DNA of 40,450 nt from a virus (taxonomy: Duplodnaviria; Heunggongvirae; Uroviricota; Caudoviricetes). Below the pieces are notes generated by a model. It saw nothing but the letters and a program-made list of their open reading frames with translations. It did no database searches and had not been told where the DNA came from. The stretch is taken from the IMG/VR virus record IMGVR_UViG_2541047969_000017. One strand, given 5' to 3'. Below are positions 20,138-28,749 of this stretch, piece by piece; the stretch's first letter is position 1; the number at the start of each line of letters is the position of its first letter. Both the position numbers and the translations under genes were made by a program.

Positions 20138-20157
20138 GGCCCGTAAGGGCTTTTTTT
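20138..20157 (+). terminator. Weak terminator after the capsid gene
   Basis: Short hairpin gccc-gtaa-gggc followed by seven T; a second hairpin agcccc / ggggct lies at 20169-20187. Confidence 0.35.
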
Positions 20158-20200
20158 GTACCTGAAATCAGCCCCTGAACGGGGCTGTGCGGAGACAGTT

Positions 20201-20524
20201 ATGGCAAAGAATTTTGTAGAAGAAGGAAAAACGGTGGCGATTGTTGCCAGTGCAGCCATCAGCAGCGGAGATCTGGTGCAGGTGGGTGATGTTTTTGCGG
20301 TGGCGCTGACCGATATTCCACAGGGTGAAACAGGCGACGGCATGACCGAAGGTGTGTTTATGCTGCCTAAGCTGAAAACGGATGACATGAAAACGGGTAA
20401 GAAGGTTTATCTGAAGTCCGGAAAAGTTCAGCTGACTAACAGCGGCTCTGATCCGCTGGTCGGGGTTGTCTGGGCAGATGCCGGAACCAGTGCAGAAGAA
20501 GTGCCGGTAAAACTCAATGTCTGA
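20201..20524 (+). CDS. DUF2190-like head protein (possible decoration or connector protein)
   Basis: ATG at residue 16 of track ORF 20156..20524 with GGAGACAG Shine-Dalgarno; 107 aa; MAKNFVEEGKTVAIVASAAISSGDLVQVGDVFAVALTDIPQGETGDG resembles the small head protein family often found after capsid genes (recalled). Confidence 0.55.
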   Translation: MAKNFVEEGKTVAIVASAAISSGDLVQVGDVFAVALTDIPQGETGDGMTEGVFMLPKLKTDDMKTGKKVYLKSGKVQLTNSGSDPLVGVVWADAGTSAEEVPVKLNV

Positions 20525-20792
20525 TCCCTTTTCCCGGCTGGCAGCGCGTATGGATGCGATCACGGTCAGAAAGATGGGAAAGACAGCCTCGATTAATGAT
20601 GTCGATATGACTGTGATCCCGGGAGAAACACTGGCAGAGCTGAATGCTCTGTCCGGACCTGCGGTCTCTCTGGTGGTGTTTTCTTCGGGATACCGCCCAC
20701 GGCGCGGGGATCGCGTTGTTTATGACGGACAACAATGGACGGTCACACGGCATGAACGCTTTAACGGTAAGCCAATGATCTTTATTGAGTAA
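20517..20792 (+). CDS. Head-tail connector, gpFII-like
   Basis: Track ORF overlapping the upstream gene; 91 aa; position just before the Z/U/V tail genes and loose similarity to lambda FII. Confidence 0.55.
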   Translation: MSDPFSRLAARMDAITVRKMGKTASINDVDMTVIPGETLAELNALSGPAVSLVVFSSGYRPRRGDRVVYDGQQWTVTRHERFNGKPMIFIE

Positions 20793-20803
20793 AGAGGTGT
20801 GGG

Positions 20804-21394
20804 ATGAAGGGGCTTGAGAATGCCATCCGCAATCTGAACAGCCTTGATACCCGTATGGTGCCACAGGCCAGCGCATGGGCGATAAACCGTGTGGCACAGA
20901 AAGCGGTCTCGGTTGCCACCCGGCAGGTTGCCGGGAATACCGTTGCGGGAGATAACCAGGTGAAAGGGATCCCCCTGAAACTGGTACGTCAGCGTGTCCG
21001 GGTGTTTAAAGCCAGTCCGTCAGGAAAAATGACGGCCAGGATCCGCGTTAACCGGGGCAATCTGCCCGCCATCAAACTGAACACAACACGGCGGCGTGCT
21101 GGTGAAGGACTGAGAGTGGGAAAATACTTTTTCCGGAGGGCATTTGTTCAGCAACTGGCGAATGGCCGCTGGCATGTTCTGAGGCGTCTTCCTGAAGCGC
21201 GTTTTGCAACAGGGCATGACCATCAGGGCAGGCCAAGAAAAAATCGTCTTCCTGTGGAGGTAGTGAAAATCCCGCTGTCCGGACCGCTGACACAGGCATT
21301 TGAAGATGCCCGCGACCGCATCATTGCTGCGGAAATGCCGAAACAGCTGGGGTATGCACTGAAACAACAACTGAGGTTATGGCTGACTCGATGA
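20804..21394 (+). CDS. Z: Minor tail protein Z (lambda gpZ family)
   Basis: Strong similarity to lambda Z as recalled (MKGLENAIRNLN..., QQLANGRWHV, VVKIPL, ELGYALKQQLR). Confidence 0.85.
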   Translation: MKGLENAIRNLNSLDTRMVPQASAWAINRVAQKAVSVATRQVAGNTVAGDNQVKGIPLKLVRQRVRVFKASPSGKMTARIRVNRGNLPAIKLNTTRRRAGEGLRVGKYFFRRAFVQQLANGRWHVLRRLPEARFATGHDHQGRPRKNRLPVEVVKIPLSGPLTQAFEDARDRIIAAEMPKQLGYALKQQLRLWLTR

Positions 21395-21792
21395 ACCGAC
21401 ATACACAAATCCGCCAGGCCGTACTGGCACGCCTTCGGGAACAGTGTGGAGACAGCGCCACGTTTTTTGACGGGCTTCCGGCATTTATTGATGCGCAGGA
21501 ACTGCCTGCCGTGGCGGTGTGGCTGAGTGATGCTCAGTACACCGGAAAAATGACGGATGAAGATGACTGGCAGGCTGTTCTGCATATTGCCGTCTTCATC
21601 CGGGCACAGGCACCGGATTCAGAGCTGGATATGTGGATGGAGAGCACCATTTTCCCTGCCCTGAATGATATACCGGCACTTTCCGGACTCATCGACACCC
21701 TGATCCCACTCGGTTTTAACTATCAACGTGATAATGAGATGGCCACCTGGGCGATGGCGGAAATCACGTACCAGATCACGTACACGAATTAA
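21391..21792 (+). CDS. U: Tail terminator protein U (lambda gpU family)
   Basis: ATG at residue 5 of track ORF 21379..21792, overlapping the Z stop; ATFFDGLPAFIDAQELPAVAVWLSDAQYTG...ITYQITY aligns with lambda U. Confidence 0.85.
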   Translation: MNRHTQIRQAVLARLREQCGDSATFFDGLPAFIDAQELPAVAVWLSDAQYTGKMTDEDDWQAVLHIAVFIRAQAPDSELDMWMESTIFPALNDIPALSGLIDTLIPLGFNYQRDNEMATWAMAEITYQITYTN

Positions 21793-21802
21793 GGAGGTGG
21801 TA

Positions 21803-22546
21803 ATGACCACACCAAATCCACTGGCAAAGACGAAAGGTGCGGGGACGACGTTCTGGATGTATACCGGCAACGGCGACGCATTTGCGAACCCTTTGTCGGA
21901 CACTGACTGGCTGCGTCTTGCGATGGTGAAGGATCTGCAACCTGGCGAAATGACCGCTGATGCAGAAGATGATACTTATCTCGATGATGAAGATGCAGAC
22001 TGGAAAACGACAACCCAGGGGCAGAAATCCGTTGGTGATACTTCGGCGACGCTGGCCTGGCGTCCGGGTGACAGCGGGCAGAAAAAACTGGTTCAGTTGT
22101 TCGACTCCGGTGAAGTCTGCGCGTTTCGTATCAAATATCCCAACGGTACTGTTGATGTTTTCCGTGGCTGGCTGAGTTCACTGGGTAAAACCATTGCCTC
22201 AAAAGACGTGATGACCCGCACTGTGAAAATCAGCGGTGTGGGGCGTCCGTATCTGGCAGAGGAAGGCACTGAAATAGTGAGCGTTACCGGGCTGACGGTG
22301 GCACCGGCATCTGCCAGTGTAAAAGTGGGAGCAACCACCACGCTGACCTTTACAGTAAAACCTGACGGAGCCAGTGACAAAGCGATCAGTGTGCATTCGT
22401 CAGATCCACAGACTGCCACGGTGACCCTGAACGGGCTTGTAGCCACGGTGAAAGGCGTGAAGCAGGGCAGTGTCAGCATTGTGGGCATGACCGCTGACGG
22501 GAATTTTGTGGCTGTGGTTGCGGTGACTGTCAGCGCCGCAGGTTAA
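21803..22546 (+). CDS. V: Major tail protein V with C-terminal Ig-like domain
   Basis: ATG at residue 26 of track ORF 21728..22546 with AAGGAGGTGG Shine-Dalgarno; MTTPNPLAKTKGAGTTFWMY...YLDDEDADW...NGTVDVFRGW closely matches lambda V. Confidence 0.9.
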   Translation: MTTPNPLAKTKGAGTTFWMYTGNGDAFANPLSDTDWLRLAMVKDLQPGEMTADAEDDTYLDDEDADWKTTTQGQKSVGDTSATLAWRPGDSGQKKLVQLFDSGEVCAFRIKYPNGTVDVFRGWLSSLGKTIASKDVMTRTVKISGVGRPYLAEEGTEIVSVTGLTVAPASASVKVGATTTLTFTVKPDGASDKAISVHSSDPQTATVTLNGLVATVKGVKQGSVSIVGMTADGNFVAVVAVTVSAAG

Positions 22547-22565
22547 CAGGACGATACTCATCATT

Positions 22566-22589
22566 TGCCCCGGTTATCCGGGGCTTTTT
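22566..22589 (+). terminator. Rho-independent terminator after the major tail gene
   Basis: Stem gccccgg / ccggggc with loop ttat, followed by six T. Confidence 0.5.
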
Positions 22590-22603
22590 TGCAGGTGGAG
22601 AAC

Positions 22604-22993
22604 ATGATGTTTCTGAAACAGGGCACGTTTAATTATGAAAAACAGTCCGTGGTGCTCAGTGAGCTGTCCGGGCTGCAGAGAATTGAATATCTGGCGTTTG
22701 TTCAGCAGCGAACGGCAAAGTTTGATGCCGGTGAGGGAGAACTGCCGGAGGCTGAACGACAGATTGCTTTTCTGCGGATGGGGATGGATATCAATGCCTG
22801 GCTGGTTTCCCGCTCACTGTGGAATGCGGATCAGTCTAAGGATGTAGAGACGCTTTGCGCATCCGTTATTACAACATGGTCGTATGATGCCCTGGGTGCG
22901 GGGGCGGAGATGGTTCTGTCGCTGAGCGGTATGGGGGCCATTGATAATGCCGGGGATGATGAGCATGAGGCGCTGACGCCGGAAAAGTCCTGA
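22604..22993 (+). CDS. G: Tail assembly chaperone G
   Basis: Internal Met (residue 14) of track ORF 22565..22993; MMFLKQGTFNYEKQSVVLSELSGLQRIEYLAF resembles lambda G. My own base counting put the start 1 nt earlier; track coordinates are used. Confidence 0.8.
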   Translation: MMFLKQGTFNYEKQSVVLSELSGLQRIEYLAFVQQRTAKFDAGEGELPEAERQIAFLRMGMDINAWLVSRSLWNADQSKDVETLCASVITTWSYDALGAGAEMVLSLSGMGAIDNAGDDEHEALTPEKS

Positions 22994-23001
22994 CGCGGGA
23001 A

Positions 23002-23331
23002 ATGCAGTTTGTCATGCGGCTTGCCCGGGAGTTCCGGCGGGCAGACTGGCGGCGGATGCTGTCGGAAATGTCGGCCACTGAGCTTGGTGAGTGGGGTGAT
23101 TATTTCCGGATGCAGAGCTTCAGTGATGTGTGGATGGATGCGCAGTTTGCCTCGCTGAAGGCATTGATCGTGAGAATGGTGTCCGGCAGCAGTGATGCTG
23201 CGGTGGCTGATTTCAGCCTTTTACCGGAAGAGAACGGGATACCGGAGCGAACGGACGAAGAACTGATGCATCTTGGGGAAGGTATTTCCGGAGGTGTGCG
23301 TTATGGACCAGATAGCCAACCTGGTCATTGA
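23002..23331 (+). CDS. T: Tail assembly protein T, expected to be made as a G-T fusion by programmed -1 frameshift
   Basis: Track ORF in the -1 frame relative to G, beginning 9 nt after the G stop; that frame is open from 22969; conserved lambda-type G/T arrangement directly upstream of the tape-measure gene. Confidence 0.7.
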   Translation: MQFVMRLAREFRRADWRRMLSEMSATELGEWGDYFRMQSFSDVWMDAQFASLKALIVRMVSGSSDAAVADFSLLPEENGIPERTDEELMHLGEGISGGVRYGPDSQPGH

Positions 23332-26300
23332 TTTGGGGATTGATGCGGCAGAGTTTAAAAATGAAATCCCCCGTATCAAAAACCTTCTGAATGGTGCAGC
23401 CAGCGATGCAGAACGGTCTTCTGCCCGTATGCAGCGTTTTATGGAGCGTCAGACTCAGGCCGCCCGGCAGACAACGCAGGCGGCGTCTTCGGCTGCAACA
23501 GCCGCATCCGTCCATGCGCAGACGGTGGAGAAGAACGCACAGGCTCATGAACGCATGGCCCGCGAGGTGGAGAAAACCCGCCAGCGCATGGAGGCGCTGA
23601 GCCAGAAAATGCGCGAGGAACAGGCGCAGGCCATGGCTCTGGCGGAGGCTCAGGATAAAGCGGCTGCTGCGTTTTATCGTCAGATTGACAGTGTGAAACA
23701 GGCCAGTGCGGGTCTGCAGGAATTACAGCGTATTCAGCAGCAGATCCGACAGGCCAGAAACAGTGGCGGGATTGGTCAGCAGGATTATCTGGCGCTGATT
23801 TCTGAGGTTACGGCGAAAACCCGTGTTCTTACACAGGCTGAGGAAGAGGCTACCCGACAGAAAGTGGCGTTTATCCGTCAGCTTAAAGAGCAGGCAACCC
23901 GCCAGAATCTTTCATCTTCTGAGTTGCTTCGTGCTAAGGCTGCCCAGCTGGGGGTAAGCAGTGCTGCAGAAGTGTATATCCGCAAAATGGAGCAGGCAGG
24001 AAAAGCCACGCATTCGCTGGGTCTGAAAAGTGCAGCGGCCCGCCAGGAGATAGGCGTTCTGATAGGTGAACTGGCCCGCGGCAATTTAGGGGCGCTGAGG
24101 GGATCCGGGATAACGCTGGCTAACCGTGCCGGATGGATAGACACACTGATGTCACCGAAAGGCATGATGCTGGGCGGGGTTATTGGCGGTATTGCCGCAG
24201 CTGTCTATGGTCTGGGTAAAGCCTGGTATGACGGTCAGAAGGAGGGGGAAGAATTTAACCGCCAGCTGTCGCTGACGGGGCATTATGCCGGAGTCACTGC
24301 CGGGCAGCTGTGGACGCTCAGTCGTGCTATTTCCGGGAATGGTATCACGCAACATGCTGCAGCCGGTGCGCTGGCTCAGGTGGTGGGGAGTGGTGCATTT
24401 CGTGGAAACGATATCGGTATGGTGGCGAGAGCTGCCGCACAGATGGAGCGATCGGTTGGCCAGTCGGTCAGCGATACCATAAGTCAGTTTAAGCGGCTGA
24501 AGGATGATCCTGTAAATGCCGCGAAGGCTCTGGACAATGAGCTGCATTTTCTTGCTGCCACTCAGCTTGAGCAGATACGCGTCCTTGGGGAACAGGGGCG
24601 GTCCAGTGATGCGGCACGGATAGCCATGTCTGCACTGGCAGAGGAAACCGGTCGGCGTACTGCGGATATTGATAATAACCTCAATGCGCTGGGCAGTACG
24701 CTGAAGTATCTGTCTGATTTATGGAGTCGTTTCTGGGATGCGGCCATGAATATTGGTCGTGAAGACTCGCTGGATGAACAGATTTCCGCTTTACAGGAGA
24801 AAGTGTCGCGGGCGAAAAGACTCCCCTGGACGGCATCATCTTCTCAGGTTGAGTACGATCAGCAGCGTCTTAACGAGCTTCAGGAAAAAAAACGCCAGAA
24901 GGATTTGCAGGATGCAAAAGAGCAGGCAGAGCGGAATTATCAGGAGCAACAGAAACGCCGTAATGCTGAAAATGCTGCACTGAACCGGATGAATGAAACG
25001 GAAGCAGCACGACATCAGCGTGAAATTGCGCGTATTAATGCCATGCAGTACGCCGATCAGACTGTCAGGGATGCGGCGATACAACGTGAAAATGAACGTT
25101 ACGAGAAAGCCCTGGCATCCGGTAAGAAAAAAACACGCGAAACCCGTAATGATGAGGCCACCCGGTTATTGCTGCAGTACAGTCAGCAACAGGCACAGGT
25201 GGAAGGACAGATTGCTGCTGCCAGACAGTCAGCAGGCATTGCCACGGAAAGGATGACAGAAGCGCATAAACAGCTTCTGGCTCTGCAGCAGCGCATCAGC
25301 GACCTGGACGGGAAAAAACTGACGGAAGATGAAAAGAGTGTGCTGGCCCGTAAAGATGAACTGATTCAGGCACTGACGCTGCTGGATGTAAAACAGCAGG
25401 AGCTTCAGAAACAGACGGCACTCAACGAGCTGAAGAAAAAAACAATTCAGCTGACCAGTCAACTGGCTGAAGAAGAGCGTGCTCAGCGTCAACAACATAA
25501 TCTGGATATCGCCACGGTGGGTATGGGTGATCAGCAGCGGCAGCGATATCAGGTACAACTGAGTCTTCGTCAGAAATACCAGCAACAGCTGGAGCAGTTG
25601 AGGCGGGATAGTGAGCAGAAAGGGACATATAACACGGATGACTACAGAAAGGCCGAGCAGGCGCTGACGGAGAGCCTGAACCGACAACTGAATGAGAATC
25701 GCCGTTACTGGCAACAGCTTGAAATTGCTCAGGGTAACTGGAAAAACGGAGTCCTGCGTGCACTCCAGAATGTCACTGAGAATGCGGATAACACAGCCTG
25801 GACAGTGGAACAGTTGTTCACGTCTGCGTTCAGTAGCATGAGTGACTGGCTGGCGACATTCTGTACTACAGGCAAACTCAATTTCAAATCTTTTACTTCT
25901 TCTGTGCTGTCAGATATGTCCAGAATCATGGCTCAGATAGCTTTAATGAAAGCGGTAAAAGGCATTGCTTCCGCGCTGCCTTTTGATTTTGTAGCCAATG
26001 CTGATGGCGGTGTTTATCAGTCGGCTGATTTGAGTCGCTACAGTGGCACGGTGGTTAACCGTCCGACGTTTTTTGCTTTTGCAAAAGGCGCGGGTGTGAT
26101 GGGGGAAGCGGGACCTGAAGCCATTCTGCCACTGCGTCGTGGTGCTGACGGTAAGCTGGGGGTTGTGGCGGATATTGGTGGTTCAGGTATGGCGATGTTT
26201 GCCCCGCAGTACAACATTGAGATCAATAACGATGGCACGAACGGGCAGATAGGTCCGGCTGCCCTGAAGGTGGTTTATGACCTTGGGAAAAAAGCGGCAG

Positions 26301-26359
26301 CGGACTTTATGCAACAGCAGGCCCGTGATGGTGGTCGGTTAAGTGGAGCATATCGGTAA
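23303..26359 (+). CDS. H: Tail tape measure protein (lambda gpH family)
   Basis: ATG at residue 11 of track ORF 23273..26359 with GGAGGT Shine-Dalgarno; about 1018 aa, coiled-coil-rich; C-terminal INNDGTNGQIGPAALKVVYD matches lambda H. Confidence 0.9.
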   Translation: MDQIANLVIDLGIDAAEFKNEIPRIKNLLNGAASDAERSSARMQRFMERQTQAARQTTQAASSAATAASVHAQTVEKNAQAHERMAREVEKTRQRMEALSQKMREEQAQAMALAEAQDKAAAAFYRQIDSVKQASAGLQELQRIQQQIRQARNSGGIGQQDYLALISEVTAKTRVLTQAEEEATRQKVAFIRQLKEQATRQNLSSSELLRAKAAQLGVSSAAEVYIRKMEQAGKATHSLGLKSAAARQEIGVLIGELARGNLGALRGSGITLANRAGWIDTLMSPKGMMLGGVIGGIAAAVYGLGKAWYDGQKEGEEFNRQLSLTGHYAGVTAGQLWTLSRAISGNGITQHAAAGALAQVVGSGAFRGNDIGMVARAAAQMERSVGQSVSDTISQFKRLKDDPVNAAKALDNELHFLAATQLEQIRVLGEQGRSSDAARIAMSALAEETGRRTADIDNNLNALGSTLKYLSDLWSRFWDAAMNIGREDSLDEQISALQEKVSRAKRLPWTASSSQVEYDQQRLNELQEKKRQKDLQDAKEQAERNYQEQQKRRNAENAALNRMNETEAARHQREIARINAMQYADQTVRDAAIQRENERYEKALASGKKKTRETRNDEATRLLLQYSQQQAQVEGQIAAARQSAGIATERMTEAHKQLLALQQRISDLDGKKLTEDEKSVLARKDELIQALTLLDVKQQELQKQTALNELKKKTIQLTSQLAEEERAQRQQHNLDIATVGMGDQQRQRYQVQLSLRQKYQQQLEQLRRDSEQKGTYNTDDYRKAEQALTESLNRQLNENRRYWQQLEIAQGNWKNGVLRALQNVTENADNTAWTVEQLFTSAFSSMSDWLATFCTTGKLNFKSFTSSVLSDMSRIMAQIALMKAVKGIASALPFDFVANADGGVYQSADLSRYSGTVVNRPTFFAFAKGAGVMGEAGPEAILPLRRGADGKLGVVADIGGSGMAMFAPQYNIEINNDGTNGQIGPAALKVVYDLGKKAAADFMQQQARDGGRLSGAYR

Positions 26360-26688
26360 TGGAGACGTTTCACTGGAAAGTGCGCCCGGATATGAATGTG
26401 GTATCAGAGCCGAAAGTGGTGACAGTGAAGCTGGGCGATGGTTATGAACAGCGTCGTGCGGCGGGACTGAATAACCAGTTGTCGACTTACAGCGTGACGA
26501 TACGTGTTCGTAAATGTGAACACCCATCTTTAAAAGCCTTTCTGGAACGGCACGGTGGCGTCCGCGCATTTCAGTGGACGCCACCTTATGACTGGAAACC
26601 GATTAGGGTGGTTTGTCGTAAATGGTCGGCAAGCGTGGGGGCGCTGTGGGTAACCATAACGGCAGATTTTGAACAGGTCGTGGCATAG
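26359..26688 (+). CDS. M: Minor tail protein M
   Basis: METFHWKVRPDMNV...GDGYEQR...TYSVT...HGGVRAFQWTPPYDW...FEQVV closely matches lambda M; start overlaps the H stop. Confidence 0.9.
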   Translation: METFHWKVRPDMNVVSEPKVVTVKLGDGYEQRRAAGLNNQLSTYSVTIRVRKCEHPSLKAFLERHGGVRAFQWTPPYDWKPIRVVCRKWSASVGALWVTITADFEQVVA

Positions 26689-26697
26689 GAGGCTCTG

Positions 26698-27396
26698 ATG
26701 CAGGATATTCCACAGGAAACACATCATGAGACGACACGCCTCACTCAGTCAGCCCAGGTGGTGCTCTGGGAAATCGATCTGACAGAGGTCGGTGGTGAAC
26801 GTTATTTTTTCTGTAATGAGCAGAACGAAAAAGGTGAGCCGGTTACCTGGCAGGGGCGGCAGTATCAGGCATACCCCATTCAGGGGACAGGATTTGAACT
26901 GAACGGCAAGGGCAGTGCTGCCCGTCCGACACTGACGGTTTCTAACCTGCACGGCATGGTCACGGGGATGGCGGAAGACCTGCAGAGTCTGGTCGGCGGA
27001 ACGGTGGTCAGGCGTAAGGTTTACGCCCGTTTTCTGGATGCGGTGAACTTCGTCAACGGAAACAGCGACGCCGATCCGGAGCAGGAGGTGATCAGCCGCT
27101 GGCGCATCGAGCAGTGCAGCGAACTGAGTGCGGTCAGTGCCTCCTTTGTGTTGTCCACACCGACGGAAACGGATGGTGCTGTTTTTCCGGGGCGTATCAT
27201 GCTGGCCAACACCTGCACCTGGACCTATCGCGGTGATGAGTGTGGTTATCACGGTCCGGCTGTCGCGGATGAATATGACCAGCCGACAACCGATATCACG
27301 AAGGATAAATGCAGCAAATGCCTGAGCGGTTGTAAGTTTCGCAATAACGTCGGCAACTTTGGCGGCTTCCTTTCCATTAACAAACTTTCGCAGTAA
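26698..27396 (+). CDS. L: Minor tail protein L
   Basis: Track ORF, 232 aa; Cys-containing C-terminus and position between M and K as in lambda. Confidence 0.85.
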   Translation: MQDIPQETHHETTRLTQSAQVVLWEIDLTEVGGERYFFCNEQNEKGEPVTWQGRQYQAYPIQGTGFELNGKGSAARPTLTVSNLHGMVTGMAEDLQSLVGGTVVRRKVYARFLDAVNFVNGNSDADPEQEVISRWRIEQCSELSAVSASFVLSTPTETDGAVFPGRIMLANTCTWTYRGDECGYHGPAVADEYDQPTTDITKDKCSKCLSGCKFRNNVGNFGGFLSINKLSQ

Positions 27397-27400
27397 ACCC

Positions 27401-28144
27401 ATGACAGAGACAGAATCAGCGATTCTGGCGCACGCCCGGCGATGTGCGCCAGCGGAGTCGTGCGGCTTCGTGGTGAGAACGCCGGAGGGGGAAAGATATT
27501 TTCCCTGCGTGAATATTTCCGGTGAGCCGGAGGGGTATTTCCGGATGGCTCCGGAGGACTGGCTGCAGGCAGAGATGCAGGGTGAGATTGTGGCGCTGGT
27601 TCACAGCCACCCCGGTGGTCTGCCCTGGCTGAGTGAGGCCGACCGGCGGTTGCAGGTGCAGAGTGATTTGCCGTGGTGGCTGGTCTGCCGCGGGGCGATT
27701 CATAAGTTCCGCTGTGTGCCGCATCTCACCGGGCGGCGCTTTGAGCACGGGGTGACGGACTGTTACACGCTGTTCCGGGACGCTTACCATCTGGCGGGGA
27801 TTGAGATGCCGGATTTTCATCGCGAGGATGACTGGTGGCGTAACGGTCAGAATCTCTATCTGGATAATCTGGAGGCCACAGGGCTGTATCAGGTGCCGTT
27901 GTCAGCGGCGCAGCCGGGCGATGTGCTGCTGTGCTGCTTTGGTTCATCGGTGCCGAATCATGCCGCCATTTACTGCGGCGACGGCGAGCTGTTGCACCAT
28001 ATTCCTGAACAACTGAGCAAACGAGAGAGGTATACCGACAAATGGCAGCGACGCACACACTCCCTCTGGCGTCACCGGGCATGGCACGCATCTGCCTTTA
28101 CGGGGATTTACAACGATTTGGCCGCCGCATCGACCTTCGTGTGA
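27401..28144 (+). CDS. K: Tail assembly protein K (NlpC/P60 and JAB/MPN-like)
   Basis: ATG at residue 15 of track ORF 27359..28144; MTETESAILAHARRCAPAESCGFVV...VHSHPGG (JAB-like HSHP motif) and a downstream Cys/His motif; lambda K-like. Confidence 0.85.
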   Translation: MTETESAILAHARRCAPAESCGFVVRTPEGERYFPCVNISGEPEGYFRMAPEDWLQAEMQGEIVALVHSHPGGLPWLSEADRRLQVQSDLPWWLVCRGAIHKFRCVPHLTGRRFEHGVTDCYTLFRDAYHLAGIEMPDFHREDDWWRNGQNLYLDNLEATGLYQVPLSAAQPGDVLLCCFGSSVPNHAAIYCGDGELLHHIPEQLSKRERYTDKWQRRTHSLWRHRAWHASAFTGIYNDLAAASTFV

Positions 28145-28689
28145 AAACGGGGGCCGAAGCCATCCGGGCGCTGGCCACGCAGCTTCCGTCGTTTCGCCAG
28201 AAACTGAATGAGGGCTGGTATCAGGTGCGCATTGCCGGGCGTGATGCAGGCGAAAATGAATTATCTGCCCGTCTTAATGAGCCGCTGGCAAATGGTGCCG
28301 TGATCCACATTGTGCCGCGTCTGGCGGGAGCTAAAAGTGGCGGTGTTTTTCAGGCAGTGCTGGGTGCGGCGCTGATTGCGGTGGCATGGTGGAACCCTGT
28401 GGGCTGGCTGGGTGCCGCGGCTGTATCGGGCATGTATGCGGCAGGGGCCAGTATGATCCTGGGCGGTGTGGCTCAGATGCTGGCACCGAAAGCCAGAACT
28501 CCCCGCACACAGACAACGGATAACGGTAAGCAGAACACCTATTTCTCCTCACTGGATAACATGGTTGCCCAGGGCAATGTTATGCCTGTTCTGTATGGTG
28601 AAATGCGCGTGGGGTCACGTGTGGTATCTCAGGAGATCAGCACGGCAGATGAAGGGGACGGTGGTCAGGTTGTGGTGATTGGTCGATGA
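28042..28689 (+). CDS. I: Tail assembly protein I
   Basis: Track ORF, 215 aa; MAATHTLPLASPGMARICLYGDLQRFGRRIDLRV...YFSSLDNMVAQGNV...VGSRVVSQEISTADEGDGGQVVVIGR resembles lambda I. It overlaps the 3' end of K in another frame, so the exact start is uncertain. Confidence 0.8.
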   Translation: MAATHTLPLASPGMARICLYGDLQRFGRRIDLRVKTGAEAIRALATQLPSFRQKLNEGWYQVRIAGRDAGENELSARLNEPLANGAVIHIVPRLAGAKSGGVFQAVLGAALIAVAWWNPVGWLGAAAVSGMYAAGASMILGGVAQMLAPKARTPRTQTTDNGKQNTYFSSLDNMVAQGNVMPVLYGEMRVGSRVVSQEISTADEGDGGQVVVIGR

Positions 28690-28708
28690 TGCAAAATGTT
28701 TTATGTGA

Positions 28709-28735
28709 AACCGCCTGCGGGCGGTTTTGTCGTTT
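28709..28735 (+). terminator. Terminator-like hairpin between I and J
   Basis: Stem aaccgcc / ggcggtt with loop tgcg, followed by TTTTGTCGTTT. Confidence 0.3.
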
Positions 28736-28749
28736 ATGGAGCATGACGA

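Noticed and set aside
22547-22925. An apparent 1-nt frame inconsistency in gene G between my base counting and the ORF track
   Set aside because: Track coordinates are self-consistent and agree with my counts on both sides (22546 and 22993); most likely a counting error on my part, so I did not report a frameshift or pseudogene in G.
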